The notes beneath the pieces are model-generated. The model ran no database searches, was not told where the DNA came from, and was given only the letters and a program-made list of their open reading frames with translations. Shown here piece by piece: positions 1 through 13,950 of a stretch of DNA of 64,000 nucleotides. Numbering within the stretch: the stretch's first letter is position 1; every line of letters starts with the position of its first letter. The DNA lies in the NCBI GenBank assembly GCA_016748015.1, contig JAAOMT010000752.1, forward strand, positions 380,976-444,975, in the 5' to 3' direction. Made by a program: the position numbers and the translations under genes. This stretch comes from Geosiphon pyriformis uo1 (taxonomy: Eukaryota; Fungi; Glomeromycota).

Positions 1-375
1 GAAATAATTAATACTTTTTAATTAAGTGATAACAACATAAATTAAATAGTAATAGATATTTTTATTGATATAGATATGATTTTATTTTAAATTATAGAAA
101 ACTATCTTTTAAAAAGAGAGGTATTAAATAATTATTTATCTTTAATTACTGTTCTTACTAATTGTTTTGTCTCTTTTAGCTTTTAATACTTTTGCTTTAT
201 ATATATAATTTGTGTTATATAAAATTTTTTGAAATTTTTCAATTTTTTTGAAATGAATTTTAGAATTTTGTAATTCTACAATTTCTCAAAAAAAATCTTG
301 AAAATTTTTTTTTGCTATGTTTTTTTTTTATTGGCTATTTTTTACTTATTAAGATTCCTATTTTTATAAATAATA
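1..375 (-). repeat. LTR of family A, truncated by the window edge and inserted into the integrase of Gypsy A
   Basis: Aligns with 6420-6841 and 8680-9131 (tatatatataattt.tgttatat, attggcta, terminal aataata = mutated aataaca). Integrase zinc-finger codons resume at 376. Confidence 0.75.
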
Positions 376-2863
376 CTATTATAAAAAGAACCAAAAAAAG
401 ATATTATTGGCTTTTAATATATTTAAACATTATTTAATATGTTCAAAATTATAATATTTGTTAGAAAAGAGAAGAAATAAAATTTAATAAACCACTAAGA
501 CCAATTAAAGTAGAACAATTATTTAATTAAATTAGAATTAACTTAATTAAATCATTGATAATAATTAGTAAAAACAATTAATATATTGTAATTACCATAA
601 ATTATCTTACAAAATAGCCAGAAATTAAGACTATTTAATGAGTAAATATAGAATTTATAGCCAAATTCATATACCAAAATTTAATTTGTTAACATAAATA
701 TCTAAAAAAATAGTTGTCAAACCAAAAAATTTACTTTATAAACAAAATATTAAGAGAATTGAATAAGATATTTAGAATTAAAAATTATTATTATTTTTAT
801 ATTATCTAAAACCAATAGCTTAATTAAAAGATTTAATAGAATATTATGTAAAACAATAATTAAAATTAGCCAAAAAAACCAGAATAAATAAAATTTATTT
901 ATACTATTAATACTATTTGCTTATTAGATAATAAAGTAAGATATTATATAAGTCATATTATTTAAATTAGTTTATAATAAAACAGTAACATTATTAATAA
1001 AAATAGATATTTATACATAATTAATAAAACCAATAATAAGAGCTAACTTTTAAAAAATATTTTTGTAAAAAACATATAACTTAATAAAAACTCTAGAAAA
1101 CAAAAGAAAAAAAACAGCTAATAATATACAAAAGTCACAAAAAAAACAAAAAAAGTAACTTATAGCCAACTACTAAATAAACCAATTGAATTCAAAATTA
1201 AAAACAAAGTATTTTTATATTATACCAAAGTAAAAAAACAATAAAGTAAAAAATTTAACTCTAAATAGAATGATTTATTTTATATTGAAAAATTTTTGGG
1301 AAATAAAGCATATAAATTAAGATAAAACAACAAAATTTTAATTAAAACAACATATAATAATTAACTAAAATCATATTATAATAAGTATTATTATTTATTA
1401 ATAATATTTTACAATTAAGAATACAAAAGATATTAGTTAAATCAGATAAGATTCTATAAGATCTAAAACCAATTATACTTATTAAAACAAATACATTAAT
1501 CTAATTTATTAAAACAATATATAAAAAATTAACATATATAACAAAAAAAATAAAAAAAATAAAAATTTCAAACTACATTTATATAATAACATAATAATTG
1601 TTTTAAACAATAAATTAGCAAAAATCAAATATAAAAATAACTGCTAATTATTAAATTATTTGCTATAAAAACATTAAACAAAAAAAAACCATATTATATC
1701 AGTAATAAACAAGTAATAATGTGAACAAAATTAAAAAAAAAGTGAAAAATACACTTGAAAAACTCTAATAGTTATTTAACTTAAAGAAATAATAGAAAAA
1801 ATTGGAATCAATAAATAAATCAATTCTAATTTTATATTGTTATTAGTATTTGAAACAAAAACTGATAATTTAAAACTTGTATATAGACCAAACCAAAAAA
1901 GTATTTGATCAAAAAATTATTTGTCAAATTAAAAACTTTATTAAAAAGAAATTTAATTTGGATATCTATATAAAAATTATATACTGGGTCCATTTTATCT
2001 TTCAAAACTGCTCAGAAATACTATTATAACCAGAAATAAACATTAGATCAATTAATTAATAGAGGAAAATAACAAATTAATAATTTAAAAAACTTAAAGA
2101 GAAAGTATTAACAATAATTTTATAGAAAAAGTTATAAAATTATTACAAAAAAGAATATTAAGAGATTTTAATAAAACTTAATATTAAAAAAAAAAAGAAA
2201 AAAAATTTCTTGTATAACAAAAATTATGTATATATAGCAATAATATTAAAAATAAAAAAAACAAATTCTTAAAAAAAAGTAGTTAGCAACAAGTTAATTA
2301 TAAAATATTTTTCTCTTTAAAAAATAGTTTTCTATATCTTAAAGCAAAATTATATTCATATTAATAAAATATCTAATTTATGTTATTCTTATTATTAGAT
2401 TAAAAGTGTTATTTTCCAACTTTATTAGCAACTTATGCTAATAATATTCGTTATTTAACCATATTAAATTAATAGTTTTTGATTATGGTTATTAATAAAA
2501 TACTAATTTTCTTATTTTTTTTCTTATTTTTCTTTTATTTTCTTTGTTGTTTACTAAATTGATTAAAAAATTAAGCACTAAAATATTGATGTCAAGAATA
2601 GCTTGGTAAAAAACATGTGAACCAAAAATAAAAACTTAAAAATAGTTTACTAAAAGAACATAATTGCCAAATTAAATTGGTCTTCATGTTAAAAAAAAAT
2701 TCGAAAAAACAACTACCAAGTAAATCTCTGTTTATTATACAAAAAACTCAACCAAAACCTTCAGATTACGAAAATCTTCAGAAATTAACATTATAATTAA
2801 CTATTAAATACCATGTTACAAATTTGTTATTTATTCTACTATTTTAAATAATCACTTGTAATA
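376..2863 (+). mobile_element. Degenerate Ty3/Gypsy element A: integrase, extra 3' coding-like region, 5'-truncated 3' LTR (~2200-2863)
   Basis: Decayed integrase motifs: RYYWLLIY..YNIC*KR (HHCC), PIKVEQLFN*IRINLIK..INYLTK*PE (~500-625), YYLKTNSLIKRFN (=YHPQTNGLVERFN, ~800), K*NDLFYI (GPF/Y motif, ~1265). End aaataatcacttgtaata at 2863 is the reverse complement of the family-A LTR terminus. Confidence 0.85.
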
Positions 2864-3010
2864 ATAAGTAGAACTTCAGACCAGAAAACTTTCAGAAATT
2901 AATAACTAACTTAATTAACAAAGCCAATTTATTTGCTCTTAACCACCTTTTATTTTCTAATTATAAGTATTAAACATTATAATTATATTATATCAAGTCT
3001 ATTTATAATA

Positions 3011-3029
3011 TTTGGTGCTTTTTGTAAGG
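3011..3029 (+). promoter_or_regulatory. Primer-binding site of Gypsy C, possibly for elongator tRNA-Met
   Basis: tttggtgctttttgtaagg directly after the LTR end. The same motif, tttggtgcttcctgtgaag, follows the other element's LTR on the minus strand at 8169-8151. tRNA identity is inference. Confidence 0.6.
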
Positions 3030-3571
3030 TTATAAAATTCATAAAAACAGAGCATCTAAAAAACTCACAAAGTAACAACTATTAAAACAGTTAGAAAATT
3101 TTACTTTATTTTTAAAAAAAGCATTATATTAATACTTTTGAGAAGATCTAAGAATTCCAAAAGAAAAATTTGCAGGCAAAAGTGACTTTTTTTATTATAT
3201 ATATGTCAAAATTGATTATTATTTAAATAAAACAGTTAATATTAGAAGACTTAGAAAACAAATTCATTAAAATCTACTATTATATTTAATTATTATTACT
3301 AAAAAACAATCATAAAAACTCTTCTTTTTATTAACAAAAAAATTGAGATGTACATGTAAAATTGGTATCTACAACTTAAAAAAAATTATAACACTAAAAC
3401 CACTTCTAAAAAATCTGAATTGCATACCAAAGCAATATTTAACAACAATTTAAGCAATAAAAACTGCAATTTTCTGTTAGCAAAAAGTTAAAATTCTTAT
3501 TACCAACAACATTATCATATTATTAGATCTCAAAAAGTAGAATATTACTCAATTAGCTTATTAGATTATAG

Positions 3572-4546
3572 TATTACTGGGGGTTTTTGGTCTCTTTTTT
3601 TGAATGTTGTTAATGTTTGTTTGCTGTTAATTTACAATTATTGGAAGCTAGTTAATCTCTAATAACTGAATTTATCTTCAAATTATCTGCTTTAATTTAA
3701 ACCATTGGGCTTATAAGTAAAATGGCCAATTTTATGCCAGTTACATTGTGTAGTTATTTTGTAGTAAATGTCAACTTTTTACAAGAATTGCTTGTCTGAA
3801 AGCTCACTAAAATGCGTAGTTACTTTGTTGTGAAAGTCAACTCATCTACAGAAATCTTGTCTGTAGACTATTCTAATGATTATAGTAAAAAAAAGAAGAA
3901 AAAAATAAAGAAAATGAGATTTTGTTAAGGGAATCGTTTTCTGGTCCAGGTCTGGAGTTACTAATGATCTACTAAAATTCGTAGCTAATTAATTTTAAAA
4001 CGTTAGTTGGGTTTCAAAAATATCAAGTGCAATTATTTCAAGAATTGGTTTTCGAAATGTATTTTTATTTTGAATTTGTACTAATAAGAATAAATCTAAA
4101 GTCAAATATCTATGGTAAAATATTTCTAAAGAAAATAAGATACATTTTCTCGAAAAAAAAAGCTCTTCTTTTATACAACTTGTTATAGTATTAGTCTATA
4201 AACTTGAACTTTTTTTTTTGCTATAATTTCGACAAATTAAAGATACATTTTAACAGACTACAAATTATTTTGACAAACTATTAACTATATTGGTAAACTA
4301 TCTATTATTTCGGTAAATTTTTGGAAATTTTGGCAAATTTTTGAATATTACATAGTTTAAGATATTGTGTCATTTGATCATTCTAATTTCTATTATACAA
4401 ATTAAGTTATTAATAAAATAGTGATATTTGATAATTTAATTAAGTAATAAATAATAATTAAAATAATATTAATATATGCTAATTAATGATAAATATTATA
4501 AGAGTAATTTTATGCTAATTAAATAACTAAAATTCTACTAGTAACA
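3572..4546 (-). repeat. 3' LTR of Gypsy B
   Basis: tattactgg...ctagtaaca, collinear with 20778-21761 along its whole length. Confidence 0.92.
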
Positions 4547-5917
4547 TAATTTTCTCTTTAAGACTGAGCTCTATCGAAATCCAAGTACTATTTGTGATTT
4601 TGAGATAGTAATTCAAGATTATTAAAGTGATTTGGTCTAAAAATTGTTAAAATTTCAGTTCTGTGAACTTGTCAGTATATTGATTTTTATTGGTTAAAGT
4701 ATTGAATTTTGTAAAACATTTTTACATGTGTTGAATAAGTTGTAAAGTTTAAAAGCTGCTCTAAGTCTGTAGTAAGCATTTGTTGGTGGCTGTTGTTTTG
4801 AATTTGTTGTGTATTTGTTTTTGTATAGCTTTGAGAGTTAGATTGATTGCTTCAAGTTCCAATTTCATTGGTGCAGTGTTTTTTCAAATTAGAAATATTG
4901 ATAACTAAAGGTATATTCACCGTTTTTATTAAAATACATTTGAAGTTTTTGTTGTATTATGGTGTTTAAAGAAATGTCAATAAGTGTAAACAATAAGTTT
5001 TTTTTTAAAGCTTGCTTTAAAAGTTTTGGTAATTGACTTCAGAATAATTTTTTGTGTTTCTTTTATAAAAGTGATATTTCTGGAAATTATTTACTACTAA
5101 GGCTATAGTTTTTTTTTAAGTATAATTAATTTGACTTTTATTGATCATTATAAATAAGTTAAGAAGTATTTTTAAAGCTAAAATTAATTTTTGAGATATT
5201 TGTTGAATGTTTTGAAGAATAAATATTATAAAGTTAAATGAAGATTAAATAAATTTTGTAAATAAAAAAATAAAGAAAAAATTAGTTTTGGTATAAAAGT
5301 TTTATATATTTTTGGTTTGGGTATTTTTTGATAGTTATTTTACTATTTTTGTTTAATGTTTTTGTATTATTTTAAAGAAAATACTAATAAAAATTAAATT
5401 AAATATTCAGATTTGGTTGTTGTTTTATTACAACTATTGGTTTTAATTTTTAAAGTATATCATTGGAATTAATTAAAGAACAATGTATTCCAATTTGTGA
5501 AATTAATGATTCAAGTTTGTTTTTAAAATAATAGTGCTTTAATCAATTTTTATGTACAATTTTGGCTAAAACTTTGTTATTAAGTCTTAATTTGTATAAT
5601 CTATTGCTTAAGATCTCGTAAATATAAAATAGTCCATTCTATTTATGTTCAAATTTTCTATTTCATTGTTTTTTAGCCTTAGTTTTGTATAAAAAAACTT
5701 TGTTTCTAACTTTAAATTTGTTTATAACTGGTAGCAATTTATTATTATGTCATTTTTTTTGTTAAGCTTGAGAGTATTTAATATGAGTGGCTATTATTCA
5801 TCTTTTTCCTTCTAATATACTCAAAAAAGTATAGACTTTTTATTAAAATGTTTCTTAAAAGTTTTTTTTGTTAATTGGTTGCACTAGGTATGTTTCTACT
5901 ATAAAATTAATTGGTAG

Positions 5918-8900
5918 TGTTATAGGTAATTATTTGGGGTCTCAAATCAAATAACAAATCTGTAACTTGGTGTTTAATTAATGAAGATTGTTGGTAATAT
6001 CTGAAGGTGTTGTTTTATCTGAAGATTTTGTTGTAGAGTCTTTTGTATAATGGACAGAGATTCAATAGTGGTTTTCAGTAGCCTCCCAGAATTGCAATTC
6101 CGTCCAATTTTTTTCTTAGCATAATGGCTGGTAATCTGGCAGAGATGCCCTTCTTGTAAGCTATCTGTTAATATATATAATTCTTATACCCTTCCTTTGG
6201 AGTCTTTTACCAGACTATTCTTAACATCAATAATTCAGTGTTTAATCTTTTTAATCAGTAGTAAATCAACAAACAAAAGAAAATAAAATAAAATAAAATA
6301 AAAGAAAATGAAAAGAAAATAAGAAATTAGTATTCTGTCAATAGCTATAATCAAGAGCTATTGTTCCAGTATGGTTAAGTGTTGAATTTTATCAACATAA
6401 AGTGTTGATAAATAAAAGAGTGATTAAATTCTTAAACAAATGACAATAACATAGATTTGAAGAATTAAAGAGATATTTTATTTATATATTTCTATTTTAG
6501 TTGATAGCAATTATCTTTGAATTAGGGTTAATAAATAGAGAAAAAAAGAATTGTTCTAAATTAATAAAACTCTATTGAATTCTCCAGGAATTGCTTTTTC
6601 TGCTTTTAACACTCTTGCTATATATATATAATTTATGTTATATGAGATTCCTTGAATTTCTCAATTTTTTAGCTAAGAATCTTGGAATTTCTGAAATCCT
6701 GCAATTTCTCATATGAGAATCCTGAAATTTCTGGAATTCTGCAATTCTTCTGAGAAGAATCCCGGAATTCCACATTTACTATATCTTCTTCTGATTGGCT
6801 AATTTATATGTTAATATACTTCCTATATTCTATGAATAACATTATTCCCTTCTTTAATATTAAGCTTCTATAAAATCTTCTAAATCTCTCTTTTGTATCA
6901 ATGTTGTTGCAGTAATTTCTATTACTATTTGTAAATTTAATTTTATATGTGACTAGAGTTTTTAACTGTAGTGGTCTGTTCAGAATATTCACATTCAAAT
7001 CTTGCATCTGTATTATGTGCATGTTCAGACATAATGCCCTCATTATTATCACTGAATTTAGTTAATTCCTGCTCTATTATAAAATCTAGAAGCGTGATAT
7101 ATTGTTTGGTGTTTGAAGCGGAATTTGAATTGTTGTTGTTGGAGTTTAAATCATTGTTGTCATTAGTGAAGTTTAAATCATTGTTGTCATCAGCAGAGTT
7201 TGAATTGGGATTAAGTTCTAATTCTGATTCCTATTTGTTCTTACTGATTGGCTCTTCTTCGAATATATAACACATGGAGGTGAATTGTGACTATGTCCCA
7301 ATATTCTAATTCAGGCCATCAGGTGAGTTTTACTAATTTATTAGTACTGTGGAAATTAGATTTTATTGGGCTATTGGAGGTAAGTTTTCTTGTATGATAG
7401 TGGAGTTTGGAATTTATCGGATTTCGAATGTTTGGGAGTTTTTTTTTTTTTTTTTTTTTTAATAATTCCCAGAGTTTGAATTGCTAGAAGTTTAACAAGT
7501 TTTATTGATGGTAAGTTTCTTTGTACAATAGCAGGGTTAAAATTTATCAGGTTTTGAATATTTGCAGTTTTAATGATTAAATCTTGAATAATTGGAATTT
7601 TAACGAGTTTTTAACAAATTTATCAATGGTAAGTTTTGAATGTTTGGGGTTTTAATAATTGGGTTTTGAATAAACAGAGTTTTAATTTAACAAGTTTTAA
7701 TAAATTTATCAATAGTACATTTTGAATGTTCAGGGTTTTAATAATTAGATCTTGAATAATCGAAGTTTTAACAAGTTTTTAACAAATTTATCAATGGTAA
7801 GTTTCAAATGTTCGGAATTTTAATGATCGAGTTTTGAATAAACAGAGTTTAATTTAACGAGTTTTTTAATGAATTTATTAACAGTAAGTTTTGAATGTTT
7901 AGGGTTTTAACAATCAGGTTTGAATAATCGGAGTTTTTAATTTAATGAATTTTAACAAATTTATCAATGATAATTTTCGAATGTTCAGGATTTTAACAAT
8001 CAGGTCTTAAATAATTGGAGTTTTAATGAGTTTTTTAAAGGTAATAATAAAATAAGGATTTCGCAAATCCTAAGTGATTTTCCCTTGTTTTTTTTGGTCT
8101 GCCACTTTCCTGCATGGTTGTTGTTGGTACTGGTTCTCTGTTGGATTGTACTTCACAGGAAGCACCAAATATTACAAGTGATTATTTGGAGTCTCAAATC
8201 AAATAATAAACTCGTAACTTGGTGCTCAATTGATGAAGGTTGTTGGTAATATCTGAAAATATTGTTTTATTTAAAAGTTTTGTTGTAGAGTCCTTTGTAT
8301 AATGGACAGAGATTCAATAGTTGTTTTCAGTAGCCTCCCAAAATTGCAATTCCATCCAATTTTTTTCTTAGTGTGGTGGCTGATAATCTGACAGAGATGC
8401 CTTTCTGATAAGCTATCCATTAATATATATAATTCTTATACCCTTCTTTTGGGGTTTTTTACCAGGCTATCCTTAACATCAATAATTCAGTGTTTAATCT
8501 CTTTAATCAGTAGTAAATCAACAAACAAAAGAAAAAAAAATAAAAAAAAATAAAAAAAAATAAAAAGAAAATAAGAAATTAGTATTCCATCAATAGCTAT
8601 GATCAAGAGCTATTGTTCCAGTGTAGTTAAGTGTTGGATTTTATCAACATGAAGTGTTGATAAATGGAAAAGTGATTAGATTCTCAAACAAATGACAATA
8701 ACATGGATTTGAAGAATTGAAGAGATATTTTATTTATATATTTCTATTTCAATTGATAGCAATTATCTTTGAAATAGCGGTTAATAAATAGAGAAAAAAA
8801 GGATTGTTCTAAATTAATAAAACTCTATTAAATTCTCCAGGAATTGCTTTTTCTGCTTTTAACACTCTCGTTATATATATAATTTATGTTATATGAGATT

Positions 8901-9131
8901 TCTTGAATTCCTTAATTCTCTAACCAGAAATCTTGAAATTTCTGGAATCCTGCAATTTCTTTGAGAGGAATTCTGGAATTCTGAAATCCTGCAATTCCTC
9001 ATATGAAAATTCTGAAATTCCTGGAATCTTGCAATTCCTCTAAGAGGAATCTTGGAATTCCACATTTACTATGTCTTCTTCTGATTGGCTAATTTATATG
9101 TTAATATACTTCCTATATTCTATGAATAACA
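5918..9131 (-). mobile_element. Non-autonomous LTR element (LARD/TRIM-like), family-A LTRs 5918-6841 and 8170-9131
   Basis: Two direct repeats of 924 and 962 bp, starting tgttat/tattac and ending aataaca. Exact 4-bp TSD gtag (5914-5917, 9132-9135). PBS 8169-8151, PPT attaaagaagggaataa (6858-6842). The 1.3-kb interior has only a tandem array and a short pol scrap ending at dUTPase motif 1 (AHNTDARFE). Confidence 0.92.
7330..8030. repeat. Tandem array of ~82-87 bp units (about 5.5 core copies plus 2 variant units)
   Basis: Unit gaatgtt.ggggttttaa.aat..g.t.ttgaataa...gagttttaa...aaatttatcaatggtaagtttt starts near 7556, 7638, 7724, 7806, 7893, 7979. Confidence 0.9.
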
Positions 9132-10099
9132 GTAGCATTGCTGTTTTTTTATAGATAAAATCAAATGGTATGTGTTTTATAGTATCTTGTTTTAGTGTCT
9201 TATATACTAATAACACTGACAGAATAAAAATATTCTATTCTTGTTTGAAATTGGTTGAAATTTTGGTTAGTAATTTACATAATGTTTGGTTAAAACATTT
9301 TCTTAGTCTATTTGTTTAGAAATAATAGGGTGATAATAAAAATTTTTTGATCTTAAATTATTCACAAATTTTTTGTATTAAGTTATTCACAAAATATGTT
9401 TTTTAATTAGATAAAAGTTTAATTAAGCATCCATATTTACAAATAATGTCTTTATAAATAAAATTTGCTACTGATTTTGTATCTGCTTTTTAGATAACTT
9501 TGGCTTTAAGCCATTTGATAAAATAATTTACTATAACTGCTATATTACAGTTTTTTTGAGTGGTAATAAATAATAGTTCAATTAAATTAATTCCAATTCT
9601 GTTAAAAAATTGTCCAACTTTAATTGGATTTAGAAATTCAGTAGAGCAAGTTTCTCCTCTTTTTTGACAATTATTACATAATTCTATATATTGTTATATG
9701 TTTTAATACATATGTAGCCAAAAATAATGTTCTAAAATTCTCTATATTGTATCATTTTTTTCTAGATATACTAATAATACAGTCAAAGAAATTTTAAATT
9801 TTGTAGATCAATTCTGAAATAATCCACAAAATATTTTTATAATCTAATTAATGTTCAGCATTATTAGCATAGAGAATTTAATAATATTTTATTGATCAAA
9901 TACTTTAAATAAAAATCAAAACTAACAGTAGAAACATACTTTTATAAATACAAAGTTTCAAAATTCATAAAAATTCACACAATTTTACATAGTAGTTTTT
10001 TATTAAATTGGATTTAAAATTACATCTTGCTTTATAATAAATGCCAAAAATTTACCTTGTTTATTTGAATCTTTTACCAGTGAATATGACAAAAATCAA

Positions 10100-12750
10100 T
10101 TAATAAAATGTAAAACCAAAGAAAGTCAAAGATGACAACATGTATCAGTTAGTATTATAACAGAAAGAATAATAAAAATAACTAAGTATTTTTCTAGATT
10201 AACTATATTACTTGACTTTCTAAACAATTATTCTTTATGTAAAAGACATTATAATTAGATTGTTGTTAAAAAGTCTTTTATTAAACGAATTACTAAATCA
10301 AATGATTCAACTTTTTTAGATTTAGAAAAAACAGAAAAAAAAAACCAAGACTTTTTAATGATAACAAGTTGTTAGAATTAGAAAAAACTTTTTCTGATTT
10401 TGGAGTCCAAGTATTCTTGCCAAATTTAATATATAAAGTTTATATAAAATGAATACAGAAGCTAAAAGATATTAATCAGCAATTATTATCTGAGAATGTA
10501 ATATTAAAGAAGCAATTAGATAAAGTATTTAATAATCAACAAAGTTGTATTAAATCTGTAACAAAAATTGCTAAAAGGGAACAAGGTAATTTGTATAATG
10601 GTATAATAAGTTTGAAAAAAAATCATGAACGTTTTAGTCTAGATAGTCTTTTAGAGCATTGTTCTTTAACATGGCTTGCAAAATAAAATTCAATCATTGT
10701 AAAATTTATTGAAACTCTTATTCATAATGAAAATAAATATTAAAATAAAAGGGAAAAGCTTTTTAAGTGTGCTGTAACAGTTAATGCTATATATAGATTA
10801 AGGTACTTAAAATATGTTTCTGCTATTAATTTAGCCATTTTAGCAATTAAATATTCAATAGCAAGATCGAAAATGGTCATTTATATTGATAATCATATTA
10901 TAAGTTCTGGTTGCTATAAAAAGTTTACTAACTGGTTAAAAAGTTTGGCTATAGAACAGTCAAAGCTTCCCAAAATTTTTTATTTTTAGTCTTTAACAAT
11001 AAACAAAAAGATCAAAAAAATTACTTAGATTATAGATATAATACAGTTATATTCAATATCATTACAAGTTTTGTTGCTTTTAATTATAATCAAATTAATG
11101 ATATTCAAAATATAGATTCTTGATTGTATTTTGAACTTCCCAAAAAGAAATATGAGAAATTATTTTTTTTAACTTCAGATATAATAAATAAAATTCATAA
11201 AAAACTTACTAATTATCTTACTATTATTTTAGAAGAGCTTTGTACAGAGAAAAGTCAAAAAACAAATATGATTGATGAATTAGTACAACATCAAAGCCAA
11301 ATTGGTTTTCTAAAATAATGTTCAGCTTGTTAATTGTTTAACATTAATAATAATAAGCAAGTTTGTTTTGCATGCCATAACAAATTACCAACAATCACTA
11401 AGATAAATTAATTGAATGAATCAGCTGACATTGCTAAAAAACTCATTTCTTATTCTTATACATTTGAAAATACACAATTGTATCTGGAAATTGAGGTTTA
11501 TATGTCGCAATTATATGTTTCTAATCTAATAGCTATAAATTCAAACTCAATTGCCAATATTTGAAAAGTTTTTGAACATATTGAAAAACTATTCAGCATT
11601 AAAAATCGTAGCTGCAGATGAGTTGTAATAACATGTAATAGAGTATCTTATCATCATGCACAAATAATCAAAAAAACTTTCTTTGGCTTATATTGGTTCC
11701 AGATGTTCTTCATAAAAAGATAAATATGCTAAAAGCATTTGTTAAGCTAAATTGGAATATCAATATAAAATATTTTGCACAATGTCAGAGATATTAGAGT
11801 AAAAGTCAACTGCAGTTTTTTAAAAAATGTCTTAATCATTATAAGTTGTAGGATTCAATATGTAATATATAAACATACAATAGCTTCCAAATTAATATGA
11901 CTATATGTTATTTTTAAGGAAAATTTATTTGTTGAAAGTTACTTAAAATGAGCCCAAAATGAAACAAATCCCATGTTTAGGTAAAAATATAAACAAGTCT
12001 TTTTTTATTTACAAGCAATTATTAACTTTTGTATTAGAGTTTGTTTTAATAGATTTTTATTAAAACTTGTGACTAGACAAATGTTTATATTAATTTGGTC
12101 TGCTTAATGCCATTCTATTTACTAATTAATTGAAATTACTAATAAAGAACAATGACTATGTTTGAAGTCTAAAGTTTGCAAGCTGATTCAAAGAAAAATT
12201 GTGATTTCTTGATTTAAACTTTTAAATCAACATTAAAGCCATGATGCAATACTTAAAAAAATTAACAAAATGCTCAAATTGTTGATTTTTTTTACACCTT
12301 TACAATGACATTGGGAAATTGCAATACATAACTGTATCAAATTTAAGAAATTTTGTACTAACTTCTTTAATATTATTAGATATTCTAAAAGTAAAATATA
12401 CAGGTCTTGTCTACATCCTAGCTTTATTGCTGAATTAAATCAATTTCAAGTTCAGATAAGAAAAACAGTTTGTAAATTCAAATGTCTTTAATTATGTTTT
12501 TCATGATATTGGCCATAAATAGATATTAAGCAAAAAAATAAAAAAATCGCATGAATAAAAAAAATAGACTTTCTTAAAGCAAGACAAATTAAAAAAACAT
12601 TATTAGGTATTTGGAAACCAATTCCAGTAATGAATAAAGAAGCAAATCATCAAAAAATATAAATCTGTTAATAAAATCATAACTATTATCTATTATTAAC
12701 TCTTTAATACCCTTTTTAAGTAATTATGTTTTTGAAGCTTATCAAGTTAA
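10100..12750 (+). pseudogene. Putative DDE transposase, decayed
   Basis: FNNKQKDQKNYLD (~10992; likely FDNEQ), CSAC..VCFAC (~11320), TCNRVSY (~11631; likely CDGVPY), PDVLHKKINMLK (~11699; likely PGxLHEEMNMLK), HDAILKKINK (~12240; likely DxxLEExNK). Ancestral residues inferred by reversing G>A changes. Confidence 0.65.
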
Positions 12751-12829
12751 TCATGTAATAGCCTAATAAATATTTTTCAAGAAATTAGAAATATATTGTA
12801 TTATGTACAGTTTTATTTATATTGAATTG

Positions 12830-13950
12830 AGTGAATTACTATTTATAATTAGTACTATAATCAGTTAATATACAATGCTTGTATTTTTGAAGATGTTAAC
12901 TATAAACCCAATGTTCATGATACAATTGTTTCTATGATGAATAATGATTTTGATATATACAGTCCAGAAGTTGTGTAAAATATAAATTGTGGTCATTGTG
13001 ATACTAATGCTTATATTGTTTAATGTAATGTTTGGCAAGATTCTTGTCCAAAGCTACAATGTAAAGATTATGGGTTAGGCTTTTTTGCTAATATATGTTT
13101 TGTGAGATCCTAAACTTCATTCAGTTCTATTATTTGAATACACAGTTGAAATATCTACCAGCTGCTAAAAAGAAGACTACTGGATAAGTTCCATAGAGCT
13201 TTTACAACTACTATTGCCAATTTTTGATAGTAATAATTTTCAATACATGGCTCTTTACTACTTTTTTTTATTGACTTTCATTTGCAATATTTTTTACAAG
13301 CTAAAGAATTTGGATTACATACAAAAATCTTATCAGCCATTAAGATTAGATTTAGTGTCAATACTGCCATTGTATTATATATACTCATTTTTAAAACATA
13401 ATATATTGAGTCTAGGTCCAAATCTCTATTTTGTGTGATTATGTTTGGATTATGAAAAGCATTCAACATGGATTTATTTGTCCCAAAAAAGTTGATTTTT
13501 AATCCATCTTTAAAACTATTAATCAAACTTTTGTTTATTAATCTAAATATTGGTCAAATGATGAATATAATTGCTAGTATAGAGTCTTTTTTTAATCATA
13601 AATGCCAAAGTTGGTGTGAAAACATATTTATTAGATATATATCAAAATTTTCATGCTCTGAATTTTATTACTGGTCATATTTTTTTTCCTAAGGAAAGGT
13701 AAATTCGAATTTCATTTCCAGTTCTATTAACAAACTTGTTCTCAGAAGATTTTATTGGGCTATTATTTTCACTTATAGGTCTGTTAATTTCTTCTTTCAA
13801 TATAAAAAAAAAGTAATTTTATTAGCCAAAGTTTGATTCAGAGTAACTTTATCGATACTTGTAACAACAGTTTTCAAAGCACTACCAATTTCTAAAGCAC
13901 TACCAGTCTCCAAAACCCCAAAAGCAGCAATACTGTACTATATATTAACT
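12830..13950 (-). pseudogene. Second, unknown ORF of the TIR element
   Basis: Long minus-strand reading segments broken mainly by TAA/TAG/TGA explicable as CAA/CAG/CGA, e.g. KLYGTYPVVFFLAAGRYF..LYIVALDKNLAKHYIKQYKH. No recognised domain. Confidence 0.45.

Larger units (their letters stand above)
5350..9779 (-). pseudogene. Gypsy B integrase, in pieces ~14300-14177, 9779-9132 and 5917-~5350
   Basis: Minus strand reads KTILYNIYTDLL|LVYLEKNDTI*RILEHYFWLHMY..ELCNNCQKR (HHCC), then core-like and GPF-like (at ~5630) segments across the insertions. Confidence 0.85.

Noticed and set aside
6804-7270. ORFs 6804-7052 and 6971-7270 as genes
   Set aside because: Off-frame or antisense readings of the pol scrap inside the LTR element.
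7330-8030. CRISPR-like repeat-spacer array
   Set aside because: Units are degenerate along their whole length with no unique spacers, no cas genes, and the context is eukaryotic.
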